Shown: positions 46,071-63,404 of the stretch, one piece after another
Layout of the letters: each line of letters begins with the position of its first letter
Position numbering within the stretch: position 1 is the first letter of the stretch
From: the human T2T-CHM13v2.0 reference genome, Homo sapiens
Reading direction: 5' to 3' (one strand)
Length of the DNA: 64,000 nucleotides
NCBI RefSeq assembly: GCF_009914755.1
Contig: NC_060937.1
The notes under the pieces: generated by a model
The model's input: the letters and a program-made list of their open reading frames with translations, nothing else
Databases searched by the model: none
What the model was told of the DNA's origin: nothing
Program-made: the position numbers and the translations under genes

Positions 46071-46805
46071 TGTTAGCGGTTGATTTATGTCCCCTCCCCA
46101 AATTCACATGTTAAAATCCTAACTCCCAGTTCCTCAGAATGTGATCTTATTTTGAAAAAGGGTCATTACAGATATCATTAGTTAATATGAGGTGATAAGG
46201 GTGGGCCCTAATCCAATATGATATTCTAAAAAGAGAAACACGAACACAGAAACATGCATCAAAGGTCTAGGCACAGTGGCTCATGCCTATAATCCCAGCA
46301 CTTTGAGAGGCTCAGGTGGGAGGATCACTTGAGCCCAAGAGTTCAAGGCCAGCCTGGACAACATAGTGAGATCCCCATCTCTACTAAAAAAAAAAAAAAA
46401 AATTAGGAGTGGTGGTGCACACCTGTAGTCCCAGCCACTCGGGAGGCTGAGGTGGGAGGATTGCTTGAGCCTGGGGAGTTGAGGATACAGTGAGCCCTAA
46501 CCGCCACTGCGCTCCAGCATGGGAAACAGAGCAAAATGTCACCTCAAAAATAATAAAATTAAAAAATAAAAAATAAAATAAATATGTATAGAGGGAAGAT
46601 GATGTGAAGACACAGAGAGAAGACAGCCACCTAAGGCCAAGGAAGAGGGTCCTGGAACAGATTCTTCCTTCCCAGCCTCACAGGGAGCCACCCCTGCTGA
46701 CATCTTGATCTTGGACTTTTAGCCTCCAGAACTGTGAGTCAATAAGTGTTGTTTAAGCCCCTAGTTTGAAGTATTTTGTTACCATAGCCCTAGCAAACTA
46801 ATACA
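46071..46805 (+). mobile_element. MLT1B-like LTR with AluJ insert (46264-46582, +)
   Basis: 'gacttttagcctccagaactgtgag', end 'gcaaactaataca'; TSD GAGGT/AAGGT. Confidence 0.88.
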
Positions 46806-46843
46806 AAGGTAAAAAGGAGACTAAAAGAATGTGTGTATTGTAT

Positions 46844-46984
46844 GGCTGGGCAGTGGCTCATGCCTGTAATCCCAGCACTTCGGGAGGCTGAGGCACTTCG
46901 GGAGAATCACTTGGGCCCAGGAATTCAAGACCAGCCTGGGAAACAAAATGAGATCCACATCTTTAAAAAATAACAATAATAGAT
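46844..46984 (+). mobile_element. FLAM_C / left Alu monomer
   Basis: Single monomer; TSD TAAAAGAATGT(G/A)TGTATTG. Confidence 0.85.
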
Positions 46985-47509
46985 TAAAAGAATGTATGTA
47001 TTGCCTGTGGAACTGAATCTCCCCTGGTGAAGTTTTTCTGTATTTTCCCTTCTATTTGGCTTTCATTGTCATGGGAATCTCCTGGAGCGTGAAGTTTAAA
47101 TGTGAACTCCATGGGCAACAGAGGAGGACGGATATGCCTTTCACTCCTTTGCTCATGTAATTATAAAGCCTGGGTCCATCTGCCAAGATCGGCCTCTCCT
47201 GCACCAAGGACTTAGTGTGTGGAATAAAGACCCAACCACTTGGTGTCCGGCTCTTCATCATTTATCATCGTTTGCACTGAGGCTACAGACAGCCTGAGTC
47301 TGCCCAGCCCAGGCTGACAGGACCCTGGCTTCAGGCATCAGCCTCCTCTCAGCTGCAGGCCTTCAGCACCTAGCACAGGGTCCAGAGATGCCACCCACTC
47401 CTCGGGACTCAGCCCCAGGCCACTCCCTCAAGCTTTTCCCAAGCAAGCTCCCTCACAACTGTACCAGCCTCTCTTCCTTCCTTGTCTTCATTCACCAAAT
47501 TAAATTTAA

Positions 47510-47839
<330 letters not shown>

Positions 47840-48425
47840 TTAAGGGTGGTTTTTTTAAAAACGCAGATGCCTGGGCCCTTCTCCAGGTCATTTCAAACAG
47901 ACCATCTGGTTGGCTGTGGTGTAATACAAATATATATTTGCTTTTCGTTCCCAGTTTCTGGCCCAAATTCCTAAGACTCTTGGAATTTCCGTGAGAGGAG
48001 TGTCTTCGTTGGAACCCCTGTAGACCACAACTGAGTTGATGTTAATAAGTGGCTCAGGTGGGGCCCCTAGAGGGATTCAGGGTGTAGCTGGTCACCAGAA
48101 GGAGCAAACAAACGATTAGGGGGTGGAACTTTCAGCCTCACCCCCAGCACCCAACCCAGGCCTCCGGGGAGGTGAGGGGAGGGAAGCTGGAGACAGAGCT
48201 CAATAAAAACTCTTGAAGAATGAGATTTGGAGGGTTTCCGGGCTGGTGAATGCAGCAGTCCTGGGAGGGGGGTGTCCCATTCCATCCCCCACAAGGCATG
48301 GACGCTCTGCATGCTCCTCCCCCCACCAATACCATGCCCTCTGTGCCTCTTCCATGGGCTGTCCCTGAGTGGAATCCTTAACAATAAAGCTGGAACCATA
48401 AGTACAGCACTTTTCTGAGTCCCTT

Positions 48426-49734
48426 TGTCACAGCAGGTGGCTAGTCAGGCATGAGCAGGGCAGGGGAGGACTCCTTCTTCCCTGCCATCAGGAACGTCAG
48501 GCAACCATCAGGTGATAGTCAGATGATTATTACAAAGTTTTTCTAAAATAATAATTGGTCACAGCCATTGCCAGGGAAAGGCAGTCTCTCAATAGATAGA
48601 AAAAACCTGAAACTCGTGATCAGCAGTTTCCCAATAATATCTCAGGAGTTGGGTGAGTAGACTCAAGCATGCACACTAAGTAGCAAAATAGTGAAGTTTA
48701 ACTGGTATATGACCTTCCTCTAGGAATGTTAGACTAGTAATGAAGCAGCTACATTGGGGTATATGCCCAGGGTTCGTCATCAGGAAAAGTTAGGACTTGG
48801 ACACACATGAGGAGTTTAGGAGTGCAGGTTTAATAGGCAGAAGAAAGAGAAAGAAAAATAGCTCTCTCTCTAATGAGAGAGGGGACTCCCAAGAGGAAAG
48901 ACCACTGGTGGTGGATGAGATGGATCTTACGGTCCACCTTGAGGAGGGAGTTTCTGATTTACGTAGGGTTCACAGATTAGTTCAATCAGTTATGATGTTT
49001 ACATAGCACGCGGGGAAGGCCGGTCACCCCACACTAATCTTATTATGCAAATGAACTTTCCCCTTGGCCAGGCCATCTTCCTTACTGTACACGTGGCTGG
49101 CAGAGAAGGGAGGATGGAGCCACCATCTTGAACATGTCTAGTCCCTAGTTCTTGCAGGCATTCACCCATGCAAGCTCCCAGCTGGCTTGTCTATGTCTAC
49201 AGCTCAACTTTACAGGCTGCTCTTTGTTAGAAAATGATTTGGAGCTGCTTTGCATTAAAAAGACAATCCCTACCAAGGACTCCCATACCCACACTATCTT
49301 TCTAAGTGATTTCTTCTTAGCTCTTATGTCAGTAAGGGAAGAATGCCTCAAGTGAGCATGGATATAACTTCAGTAAGCACACTGCACATGCGGCTCCTTC
49401 CAAGCACTAGCAGGCCACTGTGCATAAGGACAGCCCACCCCAAGGGAAGAATCAGGGGAGAAGAGACATAACCCCAGAAGCATGCCAATGTATAAGACCC
49501 CAAGTCAAAGGTCAAACTGTGCACTTGACCCCTCAAGTCACCTGCCTGACCGTCTTCCAAGTGTACTTTACTCCTTTTCATTCCTGCTCTAAAGCTTTTT
49601 AATAAACTTTCACTCCTGCTCTAAAACCCGCCTTGGTCTCTCACTCTGCCTTATGACCCTCAGTCGAATTATTTCTTCTGAGGAGGCAAGAACTGAGGTT
49701 ACTGCAGACCTGTACGGATTCACCGCCAGCAACA
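48426..49734 (+). mobile_element. MER50-like LTR
   Basis: 'tgtcacagcaggtggctagtcaggcatgagcagg' ... 'caccgccagcaaca'; ~710 bp once the nested LTR is removed. Confidence 0.8.
48741..49331 (-). mobile_element. LTR9-like ERV1 LTR nested in MER50
   Basis: TG..CA termini, 4-bp TSD GTAA. Confidence 0.8.
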
Positions 49735-49780
49735 CTGAGTCATTCTAGTGAATCACGGAACCTGAAGAAGGAGTGGTAAG

Positions 49781-50342
49781 TGTAACCATAATAAGTTCAT
49801 TGCCTGATGTGCATGGCAGGTCAATACTCCAAGACACCAGGTGGCAGCAGAGAAAGAGGTTTAATCATAGGGCTGCCAAGCAAGGAGATGGGAGGAAACC
49901 TCAAATATGTCTCCCCAAGGAGATTGAGGCTAAGGTTTTCAAGGGTTTTGGAGCAGGCTGGAGTGTGGTGATGGTTGATTGAGTGCAGGTGAAGTCATTA
50001 GACAGGCAGGTGAAGAATATAGATTCTCATGCTGATTCAGTTCCTCTGAGGGGGTCTTCCAACTGGTTGGCGTCAACTGTTTCAGTGGAATTCAGGGTCG
50101 GCTTAAGCGATTCTTAAACAAAATCCTCATGATCCTATGATTCTGTTTAAGCAATTCTTAAAAGTCTTATGATTTTAACATTAGAAATCCTGTCTATAGG
50201 AGCAGCGGGCATGCAAATGGTCAGTATCTAGTGTTACGTGGCTTTGGTTATAAGGAAGTGGGTCAAAGCACAGACTAATTAATGCTTAATTATAAATATA
50301 TTTCTGCCCAGAACTCTTGTTAACCCTGTGAGGATGGCTTCC
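49781..50342 (-). mobile_element. LTR26-like ERV1 LTR nested in MER21
   Basis: 4-bp TSD TAAG (49777-49780 / 50343-50346). Confidence 0.78.
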
Positions 50343-50564
50343 TAAGCAGGGGAACCCTAAAATTTAGAGTTGGCTGGGCAGAAGCATGGGTTGCCTGGGG
50401 ATCCCATGGGCAGCTGGCATCTGAAGTGCAGCAGTCTCATGGGACTGAGCCCTTTAACATGTGGAATCTTATGCTAACTCCAGGTAGATAGTTGAGAACT
50501 TAATTTAATTATCGGACTCCCACTAGAGTCCAGAGAGTTGGAGAACTGGTTGGTATCACATGGG

Positions 50565-51151
50565 CAGTGGCAGCACTGAACAGGGGCACTCAGCTCTCCT
50601 TCAAAAGAAACTTCTGGGGAAGAATTATCACAGTGGTCTAGTGGCACCAGATGCCACCCTTTTGGTCCCATCTTGCATTTGTGCTGAGGAAACCAACTTG
50701 TCCCGGTTTCCTCAGATATTCCCAGTTTTAACAATCAAAGTCCCAGAGCCTGGTAACCCCTTCAGTCCCAGGGAAACTAGGACAGTGTTCAGCTGGTCAG
50801 TCAATGGCTTAACACAGCTCCCCCGCAATGACTGAGCATTGTGGAATATGAGTTCTGGCTCACTCCTGCACATACACAAATCCTCTGACAGGCAGTTTTT
50901 GCTTGGGGACTTCCCACCAGCCCAGCCTGAACTTTCTCACAACTGTGCTACTGTCTGAGGATCAGCTGACCCAACCCTCCTCTTTCTCCCCTCTCTGTCC
51001 ACAGGGGTCACGCTTGCCTCGGGGTCTGATGGCTCTCCCTGCCTGCTCCCACTCTTTCCCCGTCATCTTTTCCAGGGACTTCCCGCAATCAATCTCTTAC
51101 CTGTCTAATTCTGTTTTGGCACCTGATTCTTAGAGGACCAGAATTGACACA
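50565..51151 (+). mobile_element. LTR16-like ERVL LTR with a MER94-like insert (~50695-50795)
   Basis: 3' end 'caatcaatctcttacctgtctaattctgttttggcacctgattcttagaggaccagaattgacaca'. Confidence 0.65.
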
Positions 51152-51167
51152 GGGACCCATTTATCAA

Positions 51168-51480
<313 letters not shown>

Positions 51481-52610
51481 TCTAAGTATTTTTTAAAGCT
51501 CCCAAAGCAATTGTGATGTCAGCCACATTTGAGAACCACTGTCCAGCTGTGCTAACTACCAATGTGTCTGCCTGTAGTCTAATGGGGGGAACAACATGGA
51601 AAATGCAGCTAGGCATATGTGAGCTGAATGTTCTGGAAGCACTGAGGAAGGAGAGACTAAATTGCCCTGATGAAGTAGGGGGTGGCTTCAGCTTCCTGTG
51701 CTGAGAGACGACAAAAGTATCTTAGTCTCTTAGGGGAGAAATCTTACTATTTGTCCCATCATATCACACCAGTATGATAAAATTGTCATGTATTGTGGAC
51801 ATAAATTCATAATACTAAGCCTTGATTTCCAGTGACTTCTATTGAAATTCAATAGAAAGAAAACCAACTTCCTTAAATATCCTGGCAAAAGAACTGGTGT
51901 GTGTGTACATTCTGTGTGTGTGTGAGAGTGTGTGTGTGTATAAAATGCTGCATCCATAGAGCTAAACCTGTCATGCTAGCAACACACATGCTTTAGAAAT
52001 ATGCAGATTTTTACATCAACTGTCTCCAATAATTTCTGGTTTTCCTTTTAAAAAATGCATCACCAATTATAGGATAGTTATCCCAGCTGGAAGTCTTTTA
52101 TCTTTGCTGGATACAGCCATTTTCCAGCAAGGCTAAAAACCAGATAAATGTTATGTGTGGCATTTAAAAAGTCAAATATTATACAAGGTCACATATGAAT
52201 CACTTTTTTCCCAAATTAACACATTATTTTGATGTTCCAAGAAAAATGTTCTAATGCATATTGCCTTTTAGCTTCAACTATTAAGCAATTTGAAACAGAG
52301 GCCTCCATCACCCCCTTTGGACTGCCAATCTCCAAGATGGAAAGAGTCACACGTGCATACCCAAGCAGCTCTCTGCTAATGGGAGATAGGTACAGTGGGA
52401 GGGGAAAAAACATACGTTTCCTTCAGCGTTTTTTCTTCTAACTGTGATCTGAGGTTGGAAGAAGGGTGGCCACAAAAATTGTTGTTTTGGGGAGATTTGG
52501 TTTTGGTTTTTATTCTGGTAAAATATGCCTAACAAAAAATTGCCATTAACATTTGATCCAACTTATAGAATATAGGTCCCTGGAATTGCACTGTGCATTC
52601 ACTTCCTGTC

Positions 52611-52750
52611 CACACACACATACACGCTCATTCAAATGCTTGCACACACATTCACACACTCACACACTTGTACACACATTCAGACACCCTTATATTCTCA
52701 CACTCAGAGACACACAGTCACACATATGTTCACACTCACTAACACATGCA
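52611..52750. repeat. Degenerate (CA)-rich tract
   Basis: ~140 bp of imperfect CA repeats. Confidence 0.85.
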
Positions 52751-53099
52751 TGCCCCTGACCTCGCTCTGGGAGTTGAGATACTCAGTTAAAGCATGATGC
52801 TTGTTAGGAGGATAATAGAAATGAACCAAGGAGGTGAAAACTCTTCAGGGAAAGGGGCAGGGAATTTGCCCTAGTTGGGCAATGAACAGACACCTGAAAG
52901 TCTAAAATAATAAGAGATTAACGTGCGTAAAAGGGAAGTATAATTTTCTTTCTTTAGCTGTCTATGGCTCCTTAGCATAAAGGGAGTTTGAGAAAGATAG
53001 AAGGGAAAATTACTGTCTCATGTGTGCCTTCCCTCAAGCTACTGTCCCACCTCCCTTACGTTTTCCATAAGCAAAGATCATAAAATCATAGTCTATACT

Positions 53100-53454
53100 T
53101 GCAATGGACTAAACAGTTGTGTCACCCCAAAATTCATATGTTGAGACCCTAATCTCACTGTGACAGTATTAGGAGGCAGGCCCTTTGGGAAGTAATTAGG
53201 TCATCCTCATGAATGGGATCAATGTCCTTATAAAAGAGCCCCTAGAGAGTTCTCTCAATCCCTTTTCACCCTGTGAAGACACAATGAGAAGTCGGCCATC
53301 TGCAACACCAAAGACGGCCTTTTTTAGAACCTGACCATGCTGGCACCCTGATCTCGAACTTCTAGCCCCCAGTACTGTGAGAAACAACTGTCTGTTGTTT
53401 ATGAACCTCCCAGTTCGTGGTATTCTGTTACGGCAGCCACAACTGACCAAGACA
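53100..53454 (+). mobile_element. MLT1A0-like LTR
   Basis: 'tgcaatggactaaac..ccccaaaattcatatgttgag'...'gaccaagaca'; TSD ATACT/ATACC. Confidence 0.88.
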
Positions 53455-53459
53455 ATACC

Positions 53460-55070
53460 CATTCTCTGTTCATCCCAAGCATGTTGCAATGCTCTGCAAC
53501 CTGACTTCACCCCTAGTACTTCACTGGCACGGCTCCAAATAATTATCTCCTAATTACCAGCTCAGTGCTTTATTCTTTGGTCTTCAGCCTACTTGAGCCC
53601 TCTGCAGTACAAGACACCATGGATAAATGGCCTGGAAACTCCCTCCCCCGTGGCCTCTAGAGCACCTCTTTCCTGCAACTCTCTCTGGCTGTTCCTCCTG
53701 TTTCTCCTGCCTGTAGGTGTCTGGATCCCCCTGTCCTTCCCCGGGCTGCCTTCTTTTATGTGTTCTACATTCTTGCCTTGGGAACCACCCAACTCCTTTG
53801 CCTTCTGTTTCATCTGTGCTAAGAACTCCCTAAACTCTCTCCTCACCTGACTGCTCCTTCATTGTTCCTACTCAATAGACCCAGGTGCCTGCTGGACAGC
53901 TCCTCCTGTCTTCCTTATCAGCATCTCACACTTGACATGCCCAAAACAGAAAATAAATAAATAAATAATAAATAAAATAAAACGACAACAAACAAATACT
54001 GTCCCCTTGGTATTCTTTATCTGAGTTAATGGCACAGTCTTAGTTAGCTCAGGCTGCCTTAATAAAACACCGTGGACTGGGTGACTTAAACAAAATAATT
54101 TATCTTCTTACAGTTCCAAAGTCTGAGAAATCCAAGATCATGGTGTCAGCCAGTTCAGTTACTGGTGAGAGCTCTCTTCCTGACTTGCAGATGGCCATCT
54201 TCCTGCTAGGTGCTCACAAGAGGAAGAGAAACTTCTCTGATGTCTCTTAGGAAGACACTAGTCCTATCAAATCAGGGTTCCACCCTTATGACCTCATTTT
54301 ATATTAATTACTTCCTAAAGGCCCTATCTCCAAATGCAGTCACATTGTGGGTTAGGACTTCAATATATGAATATAAGGGTGGGGATACAATTCATTCCAT
54401 AGCGGCCACCATGTTCCAAGCTAGGTCTCATTCTTGACTCCTCTCCCCCATATACAGCTGGAAACCCCAGTGCTTGAGCTGCTGACCCTATTTCTCTGTG
54501 GCCCATTTCTCTGTCTCCATCCCTACCATTGCACCTCCAGTGCAGCGCCCCCTTGTGCCTTGCTTAGACCACTGCCTTTGGCTTTCCTGCTGCCCTTCCT
54601 CCCCCAGTCTTTCCACTGTAGTGCTCCCAGGTCAGCATCCAAAATTACAGATCTGATCAGGATGTCTATGCAATGCAATAAACTCTACATAATACAGTTT
54701 TTCCCCTGTCCAACCCTCACCTACTTCTCTAGTCTCACTTCCAGCCATTGTCCCCATGTATCATGCTCCAGTCACACTGCCATTTCCAGCTGTCCCAGTG
54801 TGTGCTGCCACCCTGGCATCACCTGTCTTCCTTTATCCAGGCTCCTCTTCTACTAAAATGTGCTGCCCTTCCTTCTTTGCTTGGAGCATTATTGGCCATC
54901 CTTCAGATCCTGGGGTAAATATGATCACCAAGAAGATTTTTCACACCGCCCCACTCCCCGCCACCTGGAGCTTAGCTGCTCCAGGACCTGATCCATACAC
55001 CTGTTATAGCCTCTGCTGTGTTCATGCGTCTGTCTCTCCCACTTGACTTGTGGTTCCTCATAAGTAGTGA
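53460..55070 (+). mobile_element. L2 remnant containing an MLT1A-like LTR (54036-54404, minus)
   Basis: Pyrimidine-rich L2 motifs ('gcatctcacacttgacatgcccaaaacaga'); MaLR motifs in the insert. Confidence 0.7.
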
Positions 55071-55074
55071 GTTC

Positions 55075-55755
<681 letters not shown>

Positions 55756-57249
55756 ACCAAGTACCTCTGCTTCCCCTAACAAGTATCTGATCAATGTAAA
55801 TGTCAGTGTAGTGTGTTGCAGGAATGTCATTTAATTGTCATTAACTTTTCTCTAGTGTACAGGTAAACCTTAATTATCTTAAACTATGTATTTGTATGGA
55901 CCATTTAATTCTTTTGAACAAAGAATTAGACTTTAAATATACATACATTCTTCATCTGAATATAATCACGTCATTTTTAAAAAAACAAAATTAAGAAGAC
56001 ACTTGGATTATAAGCCAATTCTTCCATTTTCAGAAGAAACATATGGTACTCGTAACCAGGATATTTAATGTATGATTCAAATGTGCTCTGAAATAAATTT
56101 TATGAAGGCAAAAACCATTATATTTTAGTGTTTAACATTTTACTTTAGGCTTAATTTTAAATAAATCTAAAAGAAAAAGGTTACAAATACTCCTCAATTT
56201 AAAGATCCTCCTGGGGTGAATAACCTCACCTTTGATCCAGAAGCACTAGAATTTTTAAAGATTATATAAAAGTTGGGTTGATATTAAAATAAAAAAAACT
56301 TCTTAATTAATCAGATTAAATCTCTGTGCATTTCTGGCTATATGCTTCCAGATATTCTTTTCACAAGAGTCTTTTGAAATGTCTACCAGAGGTGGAAACT
56401 TTTATACAAAAGCGCCCTGAATCCTGTAAGGAGGACAGAGCACGGAACATCAGGCAGCCTTTACAGGAACAGCTTCTGACCTTTTGAGCTAGATTTTGTA
56501 AAGTGTAATGGCTAAGGGAAAGCCTCCTCACTGGCAGTATTCCTGTTGTGAGGAAATTCAGACACAAATGTCCCGGAATCAGGATGTGATCACCTTAAAT
56601 GATGCTTAAATGTCCTTATAATTAGCATCATCTTGGAGTTTTTGCTTAATGATAAAGGGGAAGAAATCATTTTCTCTGAAAGAAAGGAAACCCCAGATAG
56701 AGCAGTGAGACCTTCGAGTACCCAAGAATGGAACTTGAGCAGTCCAGAAATGTGGTGCTTCTTTCATGGCTGAACAAGGACTTTTCCCCATCAAGGCACC
56801 AAGTTTGTGGAACTAAGTCACTGGTCCAACCACCAGAGCTCAGTGGTGACTGGGAACAGGAGAGTGACGTGAGGTTAGTTGCTCCACTGTGGCTTCCCAG
56901 TGTGGGATGTAAGTGTCCTCTCCACGGGGTCAGGAAACTTGTCTTCGTTGGCCTTGTGCACTGGTGCACATCCCCAAGCCCTGTGCTTGGCGTATCCTGT
57001 CTCTTCCTACTTCCTACTTGAGACCACTCTCAAACCTCACCAAATTCCTCACTCACCAGCTGCTTCTCACCTCAATACTTTACTGCCCATGTTGCCTCCC
57101 TAGCCACCTGGAATGCCACCTTGACACCCTTCCCCAACCCTTTCACTTGGCAACTTGCTATTCAATCAGCTCTGTCTATTACAGTTCACTCTGTCATCTC
57201 CTCCCGGCAGCCTTCTCTGATCCCTTTCCCCAAAGCTGAGTTAAGACCC

Positions 57250-57708
57250 AGTATTAGTTTCCTAGAGCTGCCATTAAAAGGCACCTAAAACTAGATAGCT
57301 TAAACCACAGAAATTTATGTCCCACAGTCCTGGAGGGTACAAGTCAAGGTCAAGGTTGTTGGCAGGGTTGTTTCCTTCTGAGAGCTGTGAAGAAGAATCC
57401 GTTCGAAGCTCCTCACCTAGCTTTTGTGATTTGCTGGTGATCCTTAGAGTTCCCAGTTTGTAGAAGCATCACTCCCATCTCTCCTTTCATCTTCTCATGT
57501 TCTTCTCCTCAGTGTGTGCCTGTCCCCCAAATTCCCCTTTTTATAAGGAGATCAGCCTTATTGGATAAGGGTCCACCATAATTAACTTCATTTTAACTTG
57601 ATTACATCTTGAAAAACCCCATTTCCAAATAAGGTGACATTCTGGGGTACTGGGGACTAGGATTTCAACATATGACTTTGAGAGGAGGACACAATTCAAC
57701 CCATAACA
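57250..57708 (-). mobile_element. MLT1C-like LTR within L2
   Basis: 'gtattagtttcctagagctgcc'...'acacaattcaacccataaca'. Confidence 0.88.
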
Positions 57709-59028
57709 GAGCCCATTATCCGTGTTTCCATAAAGCCCTCCATATGTCCCTATCATTGCTTTATAATTGACTATTCAAATGACTGTTTCCTCCAATGGAC
57801 TGTGCGATTATTTGCAGAAGGCACTGTGTTGTGTGATCTTTGTACATCCAATGCCCAGCAGAGTGTCTGGAACACCTAAGGACTCAATTAATAAATGAAT
57901 GAATGGGTCCACTGTGAAGATGTAAAATATTATAAATGAACTATGTACAGATTTACTCTACAGTCAACTTAAACATTTTTGTAAACATACATAAAGCATA
58001 AACATATGTATACATGTTTGCATGTACAAGACTATGCATACTCAAAACATTACACACGATATGCAGATATAGTAAGAATGATTTTACTGTCAGTCCCTCC
58101 TCAGTTGTATATTTGTAAGTTTTGCCATCTCTGAACCAGATCCTTTCCTTTTCTCATTTTGGTTTTATCTTTTCTGATCCCTTTCTCTGTCCCACTCCAA
58201 CAAGCGCTTTCCCTGAGTCACAGCCATTTGGAAAATACAGAGAACCTCGAATGGTTCTAGTGCCTAATCCCATTTCCAATCACTGTTTTTGTGCTTTTAC
58301 ACAACTCGATGTACTGAACTTCTCCTTCCACTGGTGCCACCCTCAGGCACTTCCTGCTTTGCTAGGTCCCAGTGGAGGTTTGGGCAGGAGGGGAAGGCTC
58401 TCAGGCGGAATGCCGCCCGGAAGACATCCCTCAACTTCACATAACTTAGAAATTGTTTGTTCCATAATTATTTCCCAATTCTTACTGCAAGTATTCACAC
58501 AGCAAATACAGAGATCTCAGACCCAGCCACTCTGGGGAACAGTGGTTTAACATCTTATCTCAGTTGCAGATAATACTCTAAATTCTTTCATTCCCATGAC
58601 ATTTGGGTTACAAATGCTTCCAATATTTTCAAAAGCTCTGGGCAAGTCTCCAAATTAGAGTTTGCTCTGGTCCATGTTTAGTTATTTGTGAAGTCCTTAT
58701 CTGTGGTCTTTGCATCTCTAGTTTTCTCACCTGTCCATTGGAAGAGCCATCAATGGACATCCCCACACAACAGGGTCAGAAAAGGAGATTAACACACATG
58801 TGGTGTGTTTAATTTTTAAAACTAAATACTGGCCTGATTCTCACAAGTACGTTTAATAAATGCACACACTTACATTAACATTCAAGAACAGGCATCATGG
58901 GATGAGTGCCAATGTTGCTCTGAGTTCCCCATGAGTAAAGAGACTAATGGAACAGCAGTCCATTTGGAAACCCACGCTTGGCCTCCATGAATGGGCCAGC
59001 TGAATAGTCCTTCAGCAGTTGAATAGTA

Positions 59029-59188
59029 GCATGCATGTAGTCCCAGCTACTCGGGAGGCTGAGGCAGGAGGGTTACTTAAGCCCAGGAGTTTAAGGTTGC
59101 AGTAAGACCACACCACTGTACTCCAGCCTGGGCAACAGAGTGAGACCCTGTCTCTAAAAAAAAAAAAAAAATAATAATAATAATAAAT
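59029..59188 (+). mobile_element. Alu right monomer (FRAM/AluJ) followed by MIR pieces
   Basis: Right arm with poly(A)/(AAT) tail. Confidence 0.85.
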
Positions 59189-59699
59189 TGCAGATAATAA
59201 GAGTACCTACCTTAAAATGTTTTATGAGGAGTATGATAATACATTTCAAGGACTTAGCACAGGACCTGAAAAATAATGATATCTTGGCACATGTTAGCCA
59301 AAGCTAAGATTTGTACTATTCTTCCCATCTTACAGATAAGAAAACTGACAGGTTGTCACATTATAATACACCCACAAAGTGATGGAGCTGGGATTTAAAC
59401 ACTGCTCTGTGACTCTAGATCCCACCAAGTAATTACCATGTTCTCACAGTAATTAACTATCTAATTTCCTTATTCACTCATTCAACATATACATATTGAT
59501 CAAATGCTCAAATGTTGGACATTATGCTAAGAACTAGGAATACAACAGTAATCTAAACAGACAAGACCCTCCCCTAAAGGAGTCTACACTCTCAGGAGAA
59601 AAACTAATATTAATCAAAAACTAATTGGTCACATGAATAACTTATTACTTAATTTTTTTACTATGAGCTATAGTAAATATTATTAAATAAAAATAGGAT

Positions 59700-62829
<3,130 letters not shown>

Positions 62830-63398
62830 TGTATGAGTCAGGGTTCTCCAGAGAAACAAAACCAATGGGCTATATAGAGATATATAAAAGGAGATTTATT
62901 ATGGGATTCTGCACGATTATGGAAGCCAAGAAATTCTATGATCTGCCATCTATAAGCTAGAGAGCCAGAAAAACTGGTGGGGTAATTCAGTCTGAGGCCA
63001 AATGCCTCAGAACAAGGTGGGTGGGCCAGTGGTGTAAGTTCCAGACTTACAAGGCTGCAGGGGGGCGGCGGGAGAAGTGGTGTAAGTCCCAGAATCCCAG
63101 GGCTGGAAAACTAGAAGTTCTAATGTCCAAGGGCAGAAGAAGATGGATGTTCTGGCTCATGAAAAGAAAGAGACAGCAAATTTACCCTTTCTCTGCCTTT
63201 TTGTTCCATTCATAACCTCAACAGACTGGATAATGCTTAACCACATTAGTGGGGGTGATCTTCTTTGCTCACTCAGTCTACTGATTCAAATGTTAATCTC
63301 TTCCAGAAATGCCATCATAGAAAATACTAAAAATATTTTACCAGCTATCTGGGCATCCCTTAGCCCAGTCAAGTTGACACATAAAATCAACCATCACA
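62830..63398 (-). mobile_element. MLT2B-like ERVL LTR
   Basis: 'tgtatgagtcagggttctccagagaaac'...'aagttgacacataaaatcaaccatcaca'. Confidence 0.88.
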
Positions 63399-63404
63399 GA
63401 GAAA

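Larger units (their letters stand above)
47915..50560 (+). mobile_element. MER21-like LTR in three pieces
   Basis: Pieces 47915-48425, 49735-49780, 50343-50560; flanks TTGGC/TGGGC. Confidence 0.8.

Noticed and set aside
50101-50175. Short internal duplication 'ttaagc.attcttaaa...t.atgat'
   Set aside because: Within the LTR26-like element and possibly part of its consensus
58341-58465. Minus-strand ~40-aa ORF MEQTISKLCEVEGCLPGG...
   Set aside because: Short, no recognisable homology, in-frame stop shortly upstream, no splice support
63026-63095. Direct repeat 'agtggtgtaagt.ccaga' x2 (CRISPR-like spacing)
   Set aside because: Two copies only, inside an MLT2B LTR; eukaryotic DNA
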